A program made the translations under genes and the position numbers. Of a stretch of 64,000 nt of DNA, positions 20,149 to 29,800 are shown piece by piece (positions within the stretch are counted from its first letter, which is position 1; each line of letters starts with the position of its first letter). This stretch comes from an uncultured Thermoplasmata archaeon (GTDB lineage Archaea; Thermoplasmatota; Thermoplasmata; Halarchaeoplasmatales; Halarchaeoplasmataceae), in the NCBI GenBank assembly GCA_964535805.1, contig CAZHUM010000001.1, positions 39,122 to 103,121 of the forward strand. The letters run 5' to 3'. Under the pieces are notes generated by a model. That model was given only the letters and a program-made list of their open reading frames with translations, was not told the DNA's origin and did not search any database.

Positions 20149-21369
20149 ATGATTATACCAAGGCCGGCAATCACCCAACGGATCAAAGAGTTGAAGAAGT
20201 GGACGCTGGTGTATGGAAGAAGAAAGACTGGGAAAACATTTCTTCTAAGGGAATTCGTCCCCCACGACGAGTATTTCTTCGTTAAAAGGGATAAAACTAT
20301 TTTTGCTGAAAAGAACGATCGGATGGAGAGTATGGTGTACGATACCTTCGAAGAGATAATTCAGAGAGAACTCAAAGATGGAAAGACTCTCGTAGTTGAC
20401 GAATTCCATCGTTTAGGTGACGAATTCTTCGATCTACTGCACAGCATGAGGAAGAACGGAAGATTGATACTCGTTTCCTCAACCTTATCTTTATCCAAAA
20501 AATTGATAGGAGAAAGGTCGCCGTTGCTCGGTCTTTTCGCGGAAGTACAAGTGCCCGTCATTGACCTAATCGACACCCTGAACGTGTTAGATAAAAAAGA
20601 AAAAAAAGGTCTTATGGAGCTTGCTATCATCCTCAGAGAACCCCTAACCATAGATTACTTGGATAAAAGAAAGAGTGTGGATAACATACTTTCGGACATA
20701 CTTATCTCCTCCTTGAAGACCGTGCCGGCTCTGGTAGGAGAGATATTCCGTGAAGAAAATCGACAGTTATCGACCATCTATGAAGGTGTTCTCAGGGCGA
20801 TATCAGCGGGTTACACGGATTCTGGAAAGATTGCGGATTACCTTTTCTCTCATAAGATGATCAAGAAGAACGATCCAAGCTTAATACAGCAGTATCTAGC
20901 CAACATGGTCGAATTCGGTATAATCAAAAAAACAAGGATGTTCAATAAGAACAAAAATAGATATGACCACACATCCAGTTTGATCTACATCTATTACTAT
21001 GCAGATGAGCATTACAACATCACAGAACGTAAACCACCTAGCAAGGAAATCCAACGGATAACGAAAGAAATTCTACCACATATTATAGAAAAAGCGGTGG
21101 GAGAACATCTAGCTAAACAAAACGGTCTAACGGAAACCGTGATAGAGACTCCAGATTATGATGTAGATGTTTGTCTACTCAGGTTCAAAAAACCTGAGAT
21201 AGTAGGAGAAGTAAAATGGAAGAAAAAAATTAGCCAAAAGAACATCAGAAGGGCGGAGGAAGTTCTCTCCGAGATCAAAGCCAAAAAGAGGTTCATTTTC
21301 GTCCCTGATAAATCGGAAGTTGAGTCGGATGTCTTGGAGGTCATGGACGTGTCCGATATCAAGCAATAA
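20149..21369 (+). CDS. Archaeal AAA-type ATPase (Arch_ATPase, PF01637-like) with a C-terminal DUF234 domain.
   Basis: Walker A GRRKTGKTFLL and Walker B LVVDEFHRL. The C-terminus (DVDVCLLRF...EIVGEVKWKK) fits a D...ExK nuclease-like signature. Confidence 0.7.
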   Translation: MIIPRPAITQRIKELKKWTLVYGRRKTGKTFLLREFVPHDEYFFVKRDKTIFAEKNDRMESMVYDTFEEIIQRELKDGKTLVVDEFHRLGDEFFDLLHSMRKNGRLILVSSTLSLSKKLIGERSPLLGLFAEVQVPVIDLIDTLNVLDKKEKKGLMELAIILREPLTIDYLDKRKSVDNILSDILISSLKTVPALVGEIFREENRQLSTIYEGVLRAISAGYTDSGKIADYLFSHKMIKKNDPSLIQQYLANMVEFGIIKKTRMFNKNKNRYDHTSSLIYIYYYADEHYNITERKPPSKEIQRITKEILPHIIEKAVGEHLAKQNGLTETVIETPDYDVDVCLLRFKKPEIVGEVKWKKKISQKNIRRAEEVLSEIKAKKRFIFVPDKSEVESDVLEVMDVSDIKQ

Positions 21370-21712
21370 TCATCATTATACTAATTTCAATTATTGCTCT
21401 TATGGACTCGCCAGAGGGTATATTACTCGTATATCTAGAAAACACTCGACAGAGAAGTGATCAGTTGCCCAGTGGCGAAAAAACAAACTTCCACCAAAAC
21501 ACATCCATCTACACACAATACGAAAAAACCAGCTGGATCCACTCACTTCTTTCCCTCTTCCTTCTCGACCCCCTCGTACACCATCTGAAGTATCGAATCG
21601 GCCTTGAAAGGATAGAGATGGGAGGAAATGATCCCCGCATCCGAAAATTTAATAGACATCATATAGGATTCCTCAAGCCATGTCATCCCCTGGAATAGGC
21701 GATTTCACAGAG

Positions 21713-24316
21713 ATGGAGAAGAAATGGGTGCGTAGATGGGAGGAAGATGGAACCTACGAGTTCGAGATGGATTCCGATAGTCCAGTCTACTCCATCGACA
21801 CACCGCCGCCGACGATATCCGGTAAGATGCACATCGGCCATGCACTATCGTACGCACAGATGGACATCGTTGCACGATACAAGAGGATGAAGGGGTTCAA
21901 CGTTTTCTATCCGTGGGGATGGGACGATAACGGCATCGCGACAGAATTATTAACGAAGAACGAAACCGGAGTGTCGCCGAAAGACGTAGGAAGAGAAAAG
22001 TTCATCCAGCTGTGCCTGGAAACGAGTAAATCACTGGAAGATGAACTTCTCAGAAAGTGGAAGAGGATCGGCACCTCGGCGGATTTCAATATATTCTACA
22101 GGACCATCGATGAGAGGAGCAGGAAAACATCTCAGAAATCCTTTATCGACCTGTACAAGATGGGTAGGGAGTACAAGAAAAAAGCACCAACTCTGTGGTG
22201 CCCCCACTGTGCCACTGCGATCTCGCAGGTGGAGACTGAAGACCTAGATAAAGAAACGAAATTCAACAATATCTTCTTCGATCTGGTGGATGGCGGACGG
22301 ATCACGATAGCTACCACCAGGCCAGAACTCCTGCCCGCATGCGTAGCCATCTTCGTTCACCCGGACGATGAAGAAAATAGAGACCTTGCAGGTAAAAATG
22401 CGATCGTCCCACTTTTCGGACAGTTGGTCCCGATATTAGAGGACGAAAAGGTTGACATGGAGACCGGCAGTGGTATAGTTATGTGCTGTACCTTCGGCGA
22501 CCAGGCGGATATAGATTGGTGGTACGCCCACGATCTACCACTGAGAATAGCGATCGACGAGACCGGGCATCTAACTGAAAAAGGTGGTAAGTACGAGGAG
22601 CTGCACGTCGAAGAAGCTAGAAAGAAGATAATCGAGGATCTAAAGGATGAAGGTAAACTGGGAAAGCAGTGGGAGATCTCTCACACCGTCAACGTCCACG
22701 AACGGTGCGATACCCCTATAGAATTCCTGGTGACCGAGCAGTGGTTCATAAGATACCTAGACTTGAAAGATAAATTCTTACAGATCGGAGAAGATCTGGA
22801 CTGGTATCCAGAGCACATGAAGGTTCGATACGACAACTGGATCAAGGGACTGAAATGGGATTGGTGTATATCCAGGCAGAGGTTCCATGGGATACCGTTC
22901 CCTGTCTGGTACTGTAAAGAGTGTGGAGAAGTGAAATTGGCAGAAGTAGAACAGCTCCCCGTGAACCCACTAGTTGATAAGCCGATAGGGAAGTGTGAAA
23001 AGTGCGGCTCCGATGATTTCAAGCCCGAGGAAGACGTGCTGGATACATGGACTACGTCTTCGCTCACTCCGTACATCGCAACGAGATGGATAGAAGACAG
23101 TAAAATGTTCGATAAAGTGTTCCCTTTCAGTATGAGACCACAGTCACACGACATCATCTCGTTCTGGGCGTTCAACACGATAGTAAAAAGTCACTTTCAC
23201 TCGAATAAAAGACCTTGGGACGATATCATGATCCATGGATACTGGTGGCTGCCGGGCGGAAAGGCGTTCTCTTCATCCAAGGGTATAATAATCGATCCCG
23301 ATGAAGTAGCGGATGAGATGGGGGCAGATCCCGTTAGGTACCTTGCCGGGATGTCAAAACCAGGTGAGGACGGTGTTTTCGAGAAGAAATGGCTCAAGAG
23401 GGGGCAGAGGCTGAGGACGAAACTGTGGAACGTTCAGAAGTTCATACAGAACGCGGTCGGAGATATCAAAGTAACAAACGATATCCCTGAGCTGAGGACT
23501 GTGGACAGATGGATACTGAGTGAATACAGTAAATTGGTGAAGAAGGCTACGGAGAGTATGGATGAGTACAGGTATGATAAAGCTCTGAAAGACTCAGAAT
23601 ACTTCCTATGGCACGTACTCGCAGACCACTACCTGGAGATGATCAAATACAGGATCTATGGAAAAGAGGACCCGGCGGTCAAATATGTGTTGTACAATAT
23701 TGGTGAAGGCATCACCAAACTGATGGCTCCGTTCATGTGCTTCGTCACCGAAGAGATCTATGAGAACAACTACAAGGACAGTGATTACAACAGCATTCAT
23801 GTCTCGCCGTGGCCCGAACCGATAATGGTGGACAAGGAAGCGATGAAAACGGGGGCAAGGATCAAGAACGTTATAGCTGAAGTCAGAAACTGGAAATCCG
23901 AGGAAGGCATACCGTTGAATCAGGAGATAGGAGAACTGCTGATGGTCACTGATCACGAGGGCATACTAGAAGGGGAAAGAGACATCTTAGAAACCGTCAA
24001 AGGTGACGAGATCAGATTAATACAGAGGGATGAAGTAGAGGAGAGAGCCGTTTCCGCATCACCCAATTATTCACAAATCGGACCGAAATTCAAAGATAAA
24101 GCTAAGGAGATCTTCAAAAAGATAGCGGAAACCAACCCTTCAGAATTGGAAAGGGGGATCGAAGGAGGAGGGTATAAGTTCAAGCTGGAAGATGGTGAGG
24201 AAGTTATCCTTACCGAGGAGGATGTTGAATTCAAATACTCCCAGGTGTACAAGGGTGAGCAGTACCACGCAATAGACGCCGAGGATGCCTTGGTATTGGT
24301 GAACAGAGATCAGTGA
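21713..24316 (+). CDS. valS: Valyl-tRNA synthetase (class I aaRS).
   Basis: HIGH motif (KMHIGHAL), WCISRQR motif, and a length of about 870 aa typical of archaeal ValRS. The start is at MEKKWVRRWEE, and an alternative ATG lies at 21680. Confidence 0.7.
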   Translation: MEKKWVRRWEEDGTYEFEMDSDSPVYSIDTPPPTISGKMHIGHALSYAQMDIVARYKRMKGFNVFYPWGWDDNGIATELLTKNETGVSPKDVGREKFIQLCLETSKSLEDELLRKWKRIGTSADFNIFYRTIDERSRKTSQKSFIDLYKMGREYKKKAPTLWCPHCATAISQVETEDLDKETKFNNIFFDLVDGGRITIATTRPELLPACVAIFVHPDDEENRDLAGKNAIVPLFGQLVPILEDEKVDMETGSGIVMCCTFGDQADIDWWYAHDLPLRIAIDETGHLTEKGGKYEELHVEEARKKIIEDLKDEGKLGKQWEISHTVNVHERCDTPIEFLVTEQWFIRYLDLKDKFLQIGEDLDWYPEHMKVRYDNWIKGLKWDWCISRQRFHGIPFPVWYCKECGEVKLAEVEQLPVNPLVDKPIGKCEKCGSDDFKPEEDVLDTWTTSSLTPYIATRWIEDSKMFDKVFPFSMRPQSHDIISFWAFNTIVKSHFHSNKRPWDDIMIHGYWWLPGGKAFSSSKGIIIDPDEVADEMGADPVRYLAGMSKPGEDGVFEKKWLKRGQRLRTKLWNVQKFIQNAVGDIKVTNDIPELRTVDRWILSEYSKLVKKATESMDEYRYDKALKDSEYFLWHVLADHYLEMIKYRIYGKEDPAVKYVLYNIGEGITKLMAPFMCFVTEEIYENNYKDSDYNSIHVSPWPEPIMVDKEAMKTGARIKNVIAEVRNWKSEEGIPLNQEIGELLMVTDHEGILEGERDILETVKGDEIRLIQRDEVEERAVSASPNYSQIGPKFKDKAKEIFKKIAETNPSELERGIEGGGYKFKLEDGEEVILTEEDVEFKYSQVYKGEQYHAIDAEDALVLVNRDQ

Positions 24317-24504
24317 TACACGTCATCTTCGTCGAAATTTTGTTTATCTAACTCCCTTTTATCGGAAACTCCCCCTCGACATGCATCACATATACCGTTC
24401 TTGATATGTTGACTGCACGTTAGAAGTCCGCAGATACTGCACGTTTTCTTTGCTGGCCTACCGCAGATATGGCATTGACCGACCATCTCCATATTATCGG
24501 CCAT
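24310..24504 (-). CDS. Small zinc-finger protein (HIT/MYND-like Cys/His cluster).
   Basis: CHICG-x7-CSICG-x4-CSQH-x5-CDAC contains eight Cys/His ligands in 35 aa. Confidence 0.4.
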   Translation of the reverse strand: MADNMEMVGQCHICGRPAKKTCSICGLLTCSQHIKNGICDACRGGVSDKRELDKQNFDEDDVYH

Positions 24505-24589
24505 AAGTAGTTATCAACACCATAATAAAGTTGGGGGCCGACCACCGAAAGAAATAATATATCACTTCGTTTAGGGATATATGTTGGTA

Positions 24590-25846
24590 TATATGGTAAA
24601 TTGCAAAAAGTTATTCTCGGAAAGGGCAAAGGAGATGAAAACGTCTGAAATAAGGGAGTTGTTAAAACTTACCCAGCGCCCGGGTATAATTTCCTTCGCA
24701 GGCGGGCTTCCCAACCCGGATGCTTTTCCTGTAGATGTGACTCGAAAGATCATAAACGAACTGCTTGATACCGATGCGAAGAATATACTGCAGTACGGAT
24801 CGACGGAAGGGATAATCCCTCTTCGAGAAACACTTGCAGAGCATATGAGGGGTAGGGGGATGGACGTCGATAAAGATAACATACTGATCACACACGGTTC
24901 CCAGCAGGCGCTGGAACTGCTCAGTAAAGTCATGCTAGATCCAGGTGATACTATTATCGTCGGGTCGCCGACTTACTTGGGTGCCACGGGTTCTTTCAGA
25001 GCATTTCAGGCTCGCATGGAAACGGTAACGGTTACCGAAGAAGGTATGGACATGGATGCCTTGGATGAGAAGGTAAAGGAGCTCATAGAGTGTGATAGAA
25101 AGCCTAAATTCGTTTACCTCGTACCGACATTTCAGAATCCATCAGGCGCGACGATACCCGCGGAGAAAAGAAAACAGCTGATGGAGATCGCCGAGAAATA
25201 CGACCTTTTGATCGTTGAGGATTCACCGTACTCCTATCTCAGATATGAAGGAGAACCGATGCCGCATCTGATGAGATTAGATAAAAACAACCATGTTTTA
25301 AGGATGCAGACATTCTCAAAGATATTGGCACCCGGTTTCAGGATCGCCTGGTGTGTCGGTCCTCCAGAACTCATCGAAAAGATGGTGATAGCGAAACAAG
25401 CTACAGACTTATGCACCAATCCATTCGGGCAGTATGTGGCATACAAATACGTTGCATCCGGGGAACTTGATAAACATCTGAAGACCATCAAAGAGCTGTA
25501 CAATAAAAAGAGGTTAGCCATGCTGGATGCCATGGACGAGTACTTCCCCGAAGAAGCTAGTTGGAACCGGCCATTGGGCGGCATGTTCGTATGGGCCAAA
25601 TTCCCCGAATATGTCAATACTCGAGAGATGTTCGATAAAGCCCTGAAAGAGAATGTGGCCTACGTGGTGGGGGATGCTTTCTTCGTCGAGGATACGGGAT
25701 ACAACACCATGAGGTTGAACTTTACACACTCTTCAGAAGAGGAGATATGGGAAGGGATAGAGAGATTGGCAAAGGTTATAAAAGATGAGATAAAAGAGAA
25801 GAAGGAGAGGAAGGGCGTGACGAAGGAAGGGATCATCACACCATAG
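24590..25846 (+). CDS. PLP-dependent aminotransferase, class I/II fold.
   Basis: SKILAPGFRIAW contains the PLP-Lys. The N-terminus (SERAKEMKTSEIRELL) is typical of AspAT/2-aminoadipate transaminases. The start is uncertain, with candidates TTG 24581, ATG 24590 and ATG 24635. Confidence 0.8.
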   Translation, partial: YMVNCKKLFSERAKEMKTSEIRELLKLTQRPGIISFAGGLPNPDAFPVDVTRKIINELLDTDAKNILQYGSTEGIIPLRETLAEHMRGRGMDVDKDNILITHGSQQALELLSKVMLDPGDTIIVGSPTYLGATGSFRAFQARMETVTVTEEGMDMDALDEKVKELIECDRKPKFVYLVPTFQNPSGATIPAEKRKQLMEIAEKYDLLIVEDSPYSYLRYEGEPMPHLMRLDKNNHVLRMQTFSKILAPGFRIAWCVGPPELIEKMVIAKQATDLCTNPFGQYVAYKYVASGELDKHLKTIKELYNKKRLAMLDAMDEYFPEEASWNRPLGGMFVWAKFPEYVNTREMFDKALKENVAYVVGDAFFVEDTGYNTMRLNFTHSSEEEIWEGIERLAKVIKDEIKEKKERKGVTKEGIITP

Positions 25847-26678
25847 GATGATATCTTAGAAGCTTATCTGACAGTTGCTTATCGAATAATTCATCGTTTA
25901 CTTCTTCCAACCCATTTTCAGTCACTAGTTTTACATCCATCCACGGTGTGAGTTCAAAGTAATCATTATGAATTTTTATGGGTAGATTTGTTTTCCAGAT
26001 TTCGTTTTCATCGTGTAATTCACTGTGAGATATCGGTAAGCCACGGGGCAGTAACTTACTGGTGTCACATACAACGTAAACCGGCATACCTTTTTCCATT
26101 GCAGACAATGTTAGAGGATACGAACCGATCTTATTGACGAAGCCGCGTACAGTAACGGAATCCGCACCTAATACTACGGCATCGGAGTTATAGAGCGCTT
26201 TAGACATACTAGCGTCCGTCCACACATGCGTTTTTACACCTTTTTCTACGAGCTTTTCAGCGGTTTTTCTACCCTCCATGAGCGGTCTCGATTCCATCAC
26301 ATGAACTGCATCTATATCGTAAAGAGAACGGATTACTGTCGAGCTGTAACTGAGGGTGCATATATTGCTGTATTCAGGATCTCCCAATATTTTATTCATT
26401 TTTTTTGAGGCTTTTTTTGAAGAGTTTTCGAGATAAATAAGATTCGATTTTATACTTTCATATAGATCTTCATCTCTTTCTATGGTCAAAAACACATTGT
26501 TGGCCAGGTTTAATAAAGGTGTCATGGAATATCTTTTCTCGATTATCCCTTTTAGATAGGTTTCCACTTGTTCTTCATCCGATTGAAGGATACTGTACCC
26601 TACATCCAAAGCCAGTTCGGCAGCGCCCTTTTCCGTATCTTCGACGATCTCGCTAGCTTCGCGGAATTTTTTGTTCAT
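25836..26678 (-). CDS. eIF-2B alpha/beta/delta-family protein (aIF-2B-like; paralogous to ribose-1,5-bisphosphate / MTR-1-P isomerases).
   Basis: IF-2B family C-terminal Rossmann region (GADSVTVRGFVNKIGSYPLTLSAMEKGMPVYVVC). The 280-aa length favours the aIF-2B delta-like subgroup. Confidence 0.65.
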   Translation of the reverse strand: MNKKFREASEIVEDTEKGAAELALDVGYSILQSDEEQVETYLKGIIEKRYSMTPLLNLANNVFLTIERDEDLYESIKSNLIYLENSSKKASKKMNKILGDPEYSNICTLSYSSTVIRSLYDIDAVHVMESRPLMEGRKTAEKLVEKGVKTHVWTDASMSKALYNSDAVVLGADSVTVRGFVNKIGSYPLTLSAMEKGMPVYVVCDTSKLLPRGLPISHSELHDENEIWKTNLPIKIHNDYFELTPWMDVKLVTENGLEEVNDELFDKQLSDKLLRYHPMV

Positions 26679-26864
26679 TAAACTTAGAAAGGGGTGTCCC
26701 TTACTATTAATCTAATTGATATATCATAAAGTGTTATACCCTAAAATATATTTAATTCATTTTTTTAAAATCCGAAAAATCAATAAGCTTAATTATCCCG
26801 TATCTATTGGGGGTATATCGCTCTAACCATGGGTTTCATTCAATGTAGCCATGGAGGGATAGGC

Positions 26865-29800
26865 ATGCCGGAATTAAAGTATTCAGAAGACATCGGACGA
26901 TATTTCGAAGAACTCGAAAACAAAGCCAAACAGTGTTACTCCATAGCTAAAAAGGCCAGGGAGAAGGGTTACGACCCGAAGACCGACGTCGAGATACCCA
27001 TGGCCGAAGATCTAGCGGTCAGATGTCAGGAATTGACCGGCATAATGAATACCGCCGACAAGATAAGAGAGCTAACCGATGAATATGGGAATCGGGAAGA
27101 GGTTGCCCTCCTGATCGCAAAAGAGGTTGCTAACAGGGAGGGGGACAAACGAAAAAGGTTGGAGGACGCCATCCGTATCGGTCTAGCTGTTCTTACAGAG
27201 GGTATCTTGGTAGCACCTCTCGAAGGCATAGGTGATGTTCAGATAAAGGGTGGTGGTACCGGTGAGGATTATGCTGAACTCTCATTCGCCGGACCTATAC
27301 GTTCTGCAGGAGGCACCGGGCAGGCGATGAGCGTTCTGATAGCGGATGTCGTCAGAAGAGAGCTCGGTATAGGTGCTTACAAGCCAACACCGAGTGAGAT
27401 ACAGAGGTACAAAGAGGAGATACCTCTTTACAAAAAAGCGAAGAGCCTTCAATACACCCCCTCGGCGGAAGAGATAGAGATGATCGTTAAAGGGTGTCCC
27501 GTCAGTATAAGCGGTGAAGGAACAGAAAGGGAAGAAGTCTCCGGTAATCGGAATTTACCTAGAGTGGATACCGATAGATTAAGGGGCGGGGCATGTCTGG
27601 TGATAGCGGAGGGTATGACGTTAAAAGCCAAGAAACTGAAAAAACACGTAGATAAGTTGGGTATCGAAGGGTGGGAATTTCTAGATGAATACATAAGCAA
27701 ATACTCTTCTGGTAAAAAAGATGATGATGAAAAAGATTTTAAAGGTGTCAAACCCAATTTCAAGTACATCAAGGAAACGATAGCTGGTAGACCTGTTTTC
27801 GGACATCCCAGCGAGAAAGGTGGGTTTAGATTGAGATATGGGAGGAGCAGGACGCTCGGATTGGCTGCCATAGCCGTTAATCCCGCTACTATGTACCTCA
27901 CAGACGAATTCATGGCCATCGGCACCCAAGTAAAAACGGAGCGGCCAGGGAAAGCGGGAGCTGTTACACCATGTGATACGATCGAAGGTCCGACAATTCT
28001 GCTCAAAAATGGAGAAGTAGTTAGGGTACACACAAAGGAAAAAGCGGTCAAACTTAAAAGCAATGTAAAAGAGATTATCGATCTCGGTGAGATACTCATC
28101 CCTTACGGTGAATTTTTGGAGAACAACCATAAGTTGGTACCGGGAGCTTACTGCCACGAATGGTGGGTGCAGGAAGTCGATGAAGAATTCTATCCCGAGG
28201 AGATCGATGCTGAAATGGCTGTGAAACTATCCGTAGAACGAGGATACCCGCTACATCCGAAGTTTATTTACATGTGGCATTACACGGAAAAGGGATCCAT
28301 CGAAGAACTTAGAGGATTTATCTCTCAGAACGGCACAGTCGAAGACGGAAAACTCGTTCTAGAAAACGATGAAGATATAAAAAGCATAATGGAAGATGTC
28401 GGGATTCCACACAGAAGGGAAAGTAAAAAATTATTCATCGATCCTTACAAACCTCTTCTGTTAACACTCGGTTTGAACATGGATGATTTGAGTATCGAAG
28501 GTGAGGGTGGTTCATCGGACATATGGGAGTACCTCAGCGAGATATCTGGTATCAAGGTTAGAAATAAAGGTCCTACATTCATAGGCGCCAGGATGGCTAG
28601 ACCCGAGAAAGCTAAAGAAAGAAAGATGGACCCGCCAGTTCATGGACTGTTTCCCGTGGGAGATGCAGGAGGGTCTCAACGTTTGGTAAGTAAAGCCGTT
28701 GATAAGGGCATAATAGATGTGACAGTTAGTGCGAGGAGGTGCACCTCATGCGGCAAGAGTGGCCCCTTGATTCGATGTTCATGTGGTGGCAGATGTGAGA
28801 TAATCGAAGAACCGCAGAACATCAAGATACCCATGTCATCGATATTCAAGCAGGCTCGAAAGACCCTGGGTGAAGGTGGCAATATCAAGAAGATAAAGGG
28901 GGTGAAAGGGATGATAAACAAAACGAAGACACCCGAGGGGTTGGAAAAGGGGATACTTCGAGCTAAACATAATATATACGTTTTCAAGGACGGCACGTCT
29001 AGATACGACATGACCGACCTGCCAATCACTCATTTTAAGCCAAAAGAAATAGGGCTGTCCATCCAAAAGGCCAGGGAGTTGGGCTACGATCACGACATCC
29101 ACGGCGAAGAGCTAACCGAAGAGGATCAGATCGTGGAGATCAAACCTCAAGACGTGATCGCATCAACAAATTCCGCTGAATATTTAATCAAGATATCCAA
29201 CTTCATAGACGATCTATTAGAAAAGTACTATGGGATGGACAAGTTCTACGAAGCGAAATTTGGAGAGGACCTTATCGGAGAACTTGTTGTCGGGTTGGCA
29301 CCCCACACTTCAGGCGGTGTTCTTGGCCGCTTGATCGGATTCCATAAAGGGCGAGCTGGGTACGCTCATCCGTATTTCCACGCAGCAAAAAGGCGTAACT
29401 GTTTTTCTCCAGACACCAACATATGGGTGAGATCTCATGATGAATGGGAGTTGAAATCCATAAAGGAGGTAGTGGAAGAAAATTTATGTGAAGGGAACTT
29501 AAATTCTGATGATTTTGGTACCGAATATAAATCGATCGATGGGATGCTTGTACCTTCTATTTCTAAGGATGGTGAAGAAGAATTACGGAAGGTGACCCAT
29601 GTTTCTAAACACCCTGCACCTGGGCATAATATTAAATTCAGAACTAGAGCGGGGAGAACAATCATGGTTACCCCCCAACATAAAATGTTGAGGTGGGACG
29701 ACAACTTAGAATTTTGTTATGCCAGCGAGATTGAAAAGGGAGATAAGATCCCCGCCCCTAAACAGATAAATATTGATGGCAGAAATGTAGAGTTAGACCT

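Noticed and set aside
21402-21698. 98-aa ORF in the valS upstream gap.
   Set aside because: No domain signal, odd composition, and overlap with the valS start region. It is treated as non-coding.
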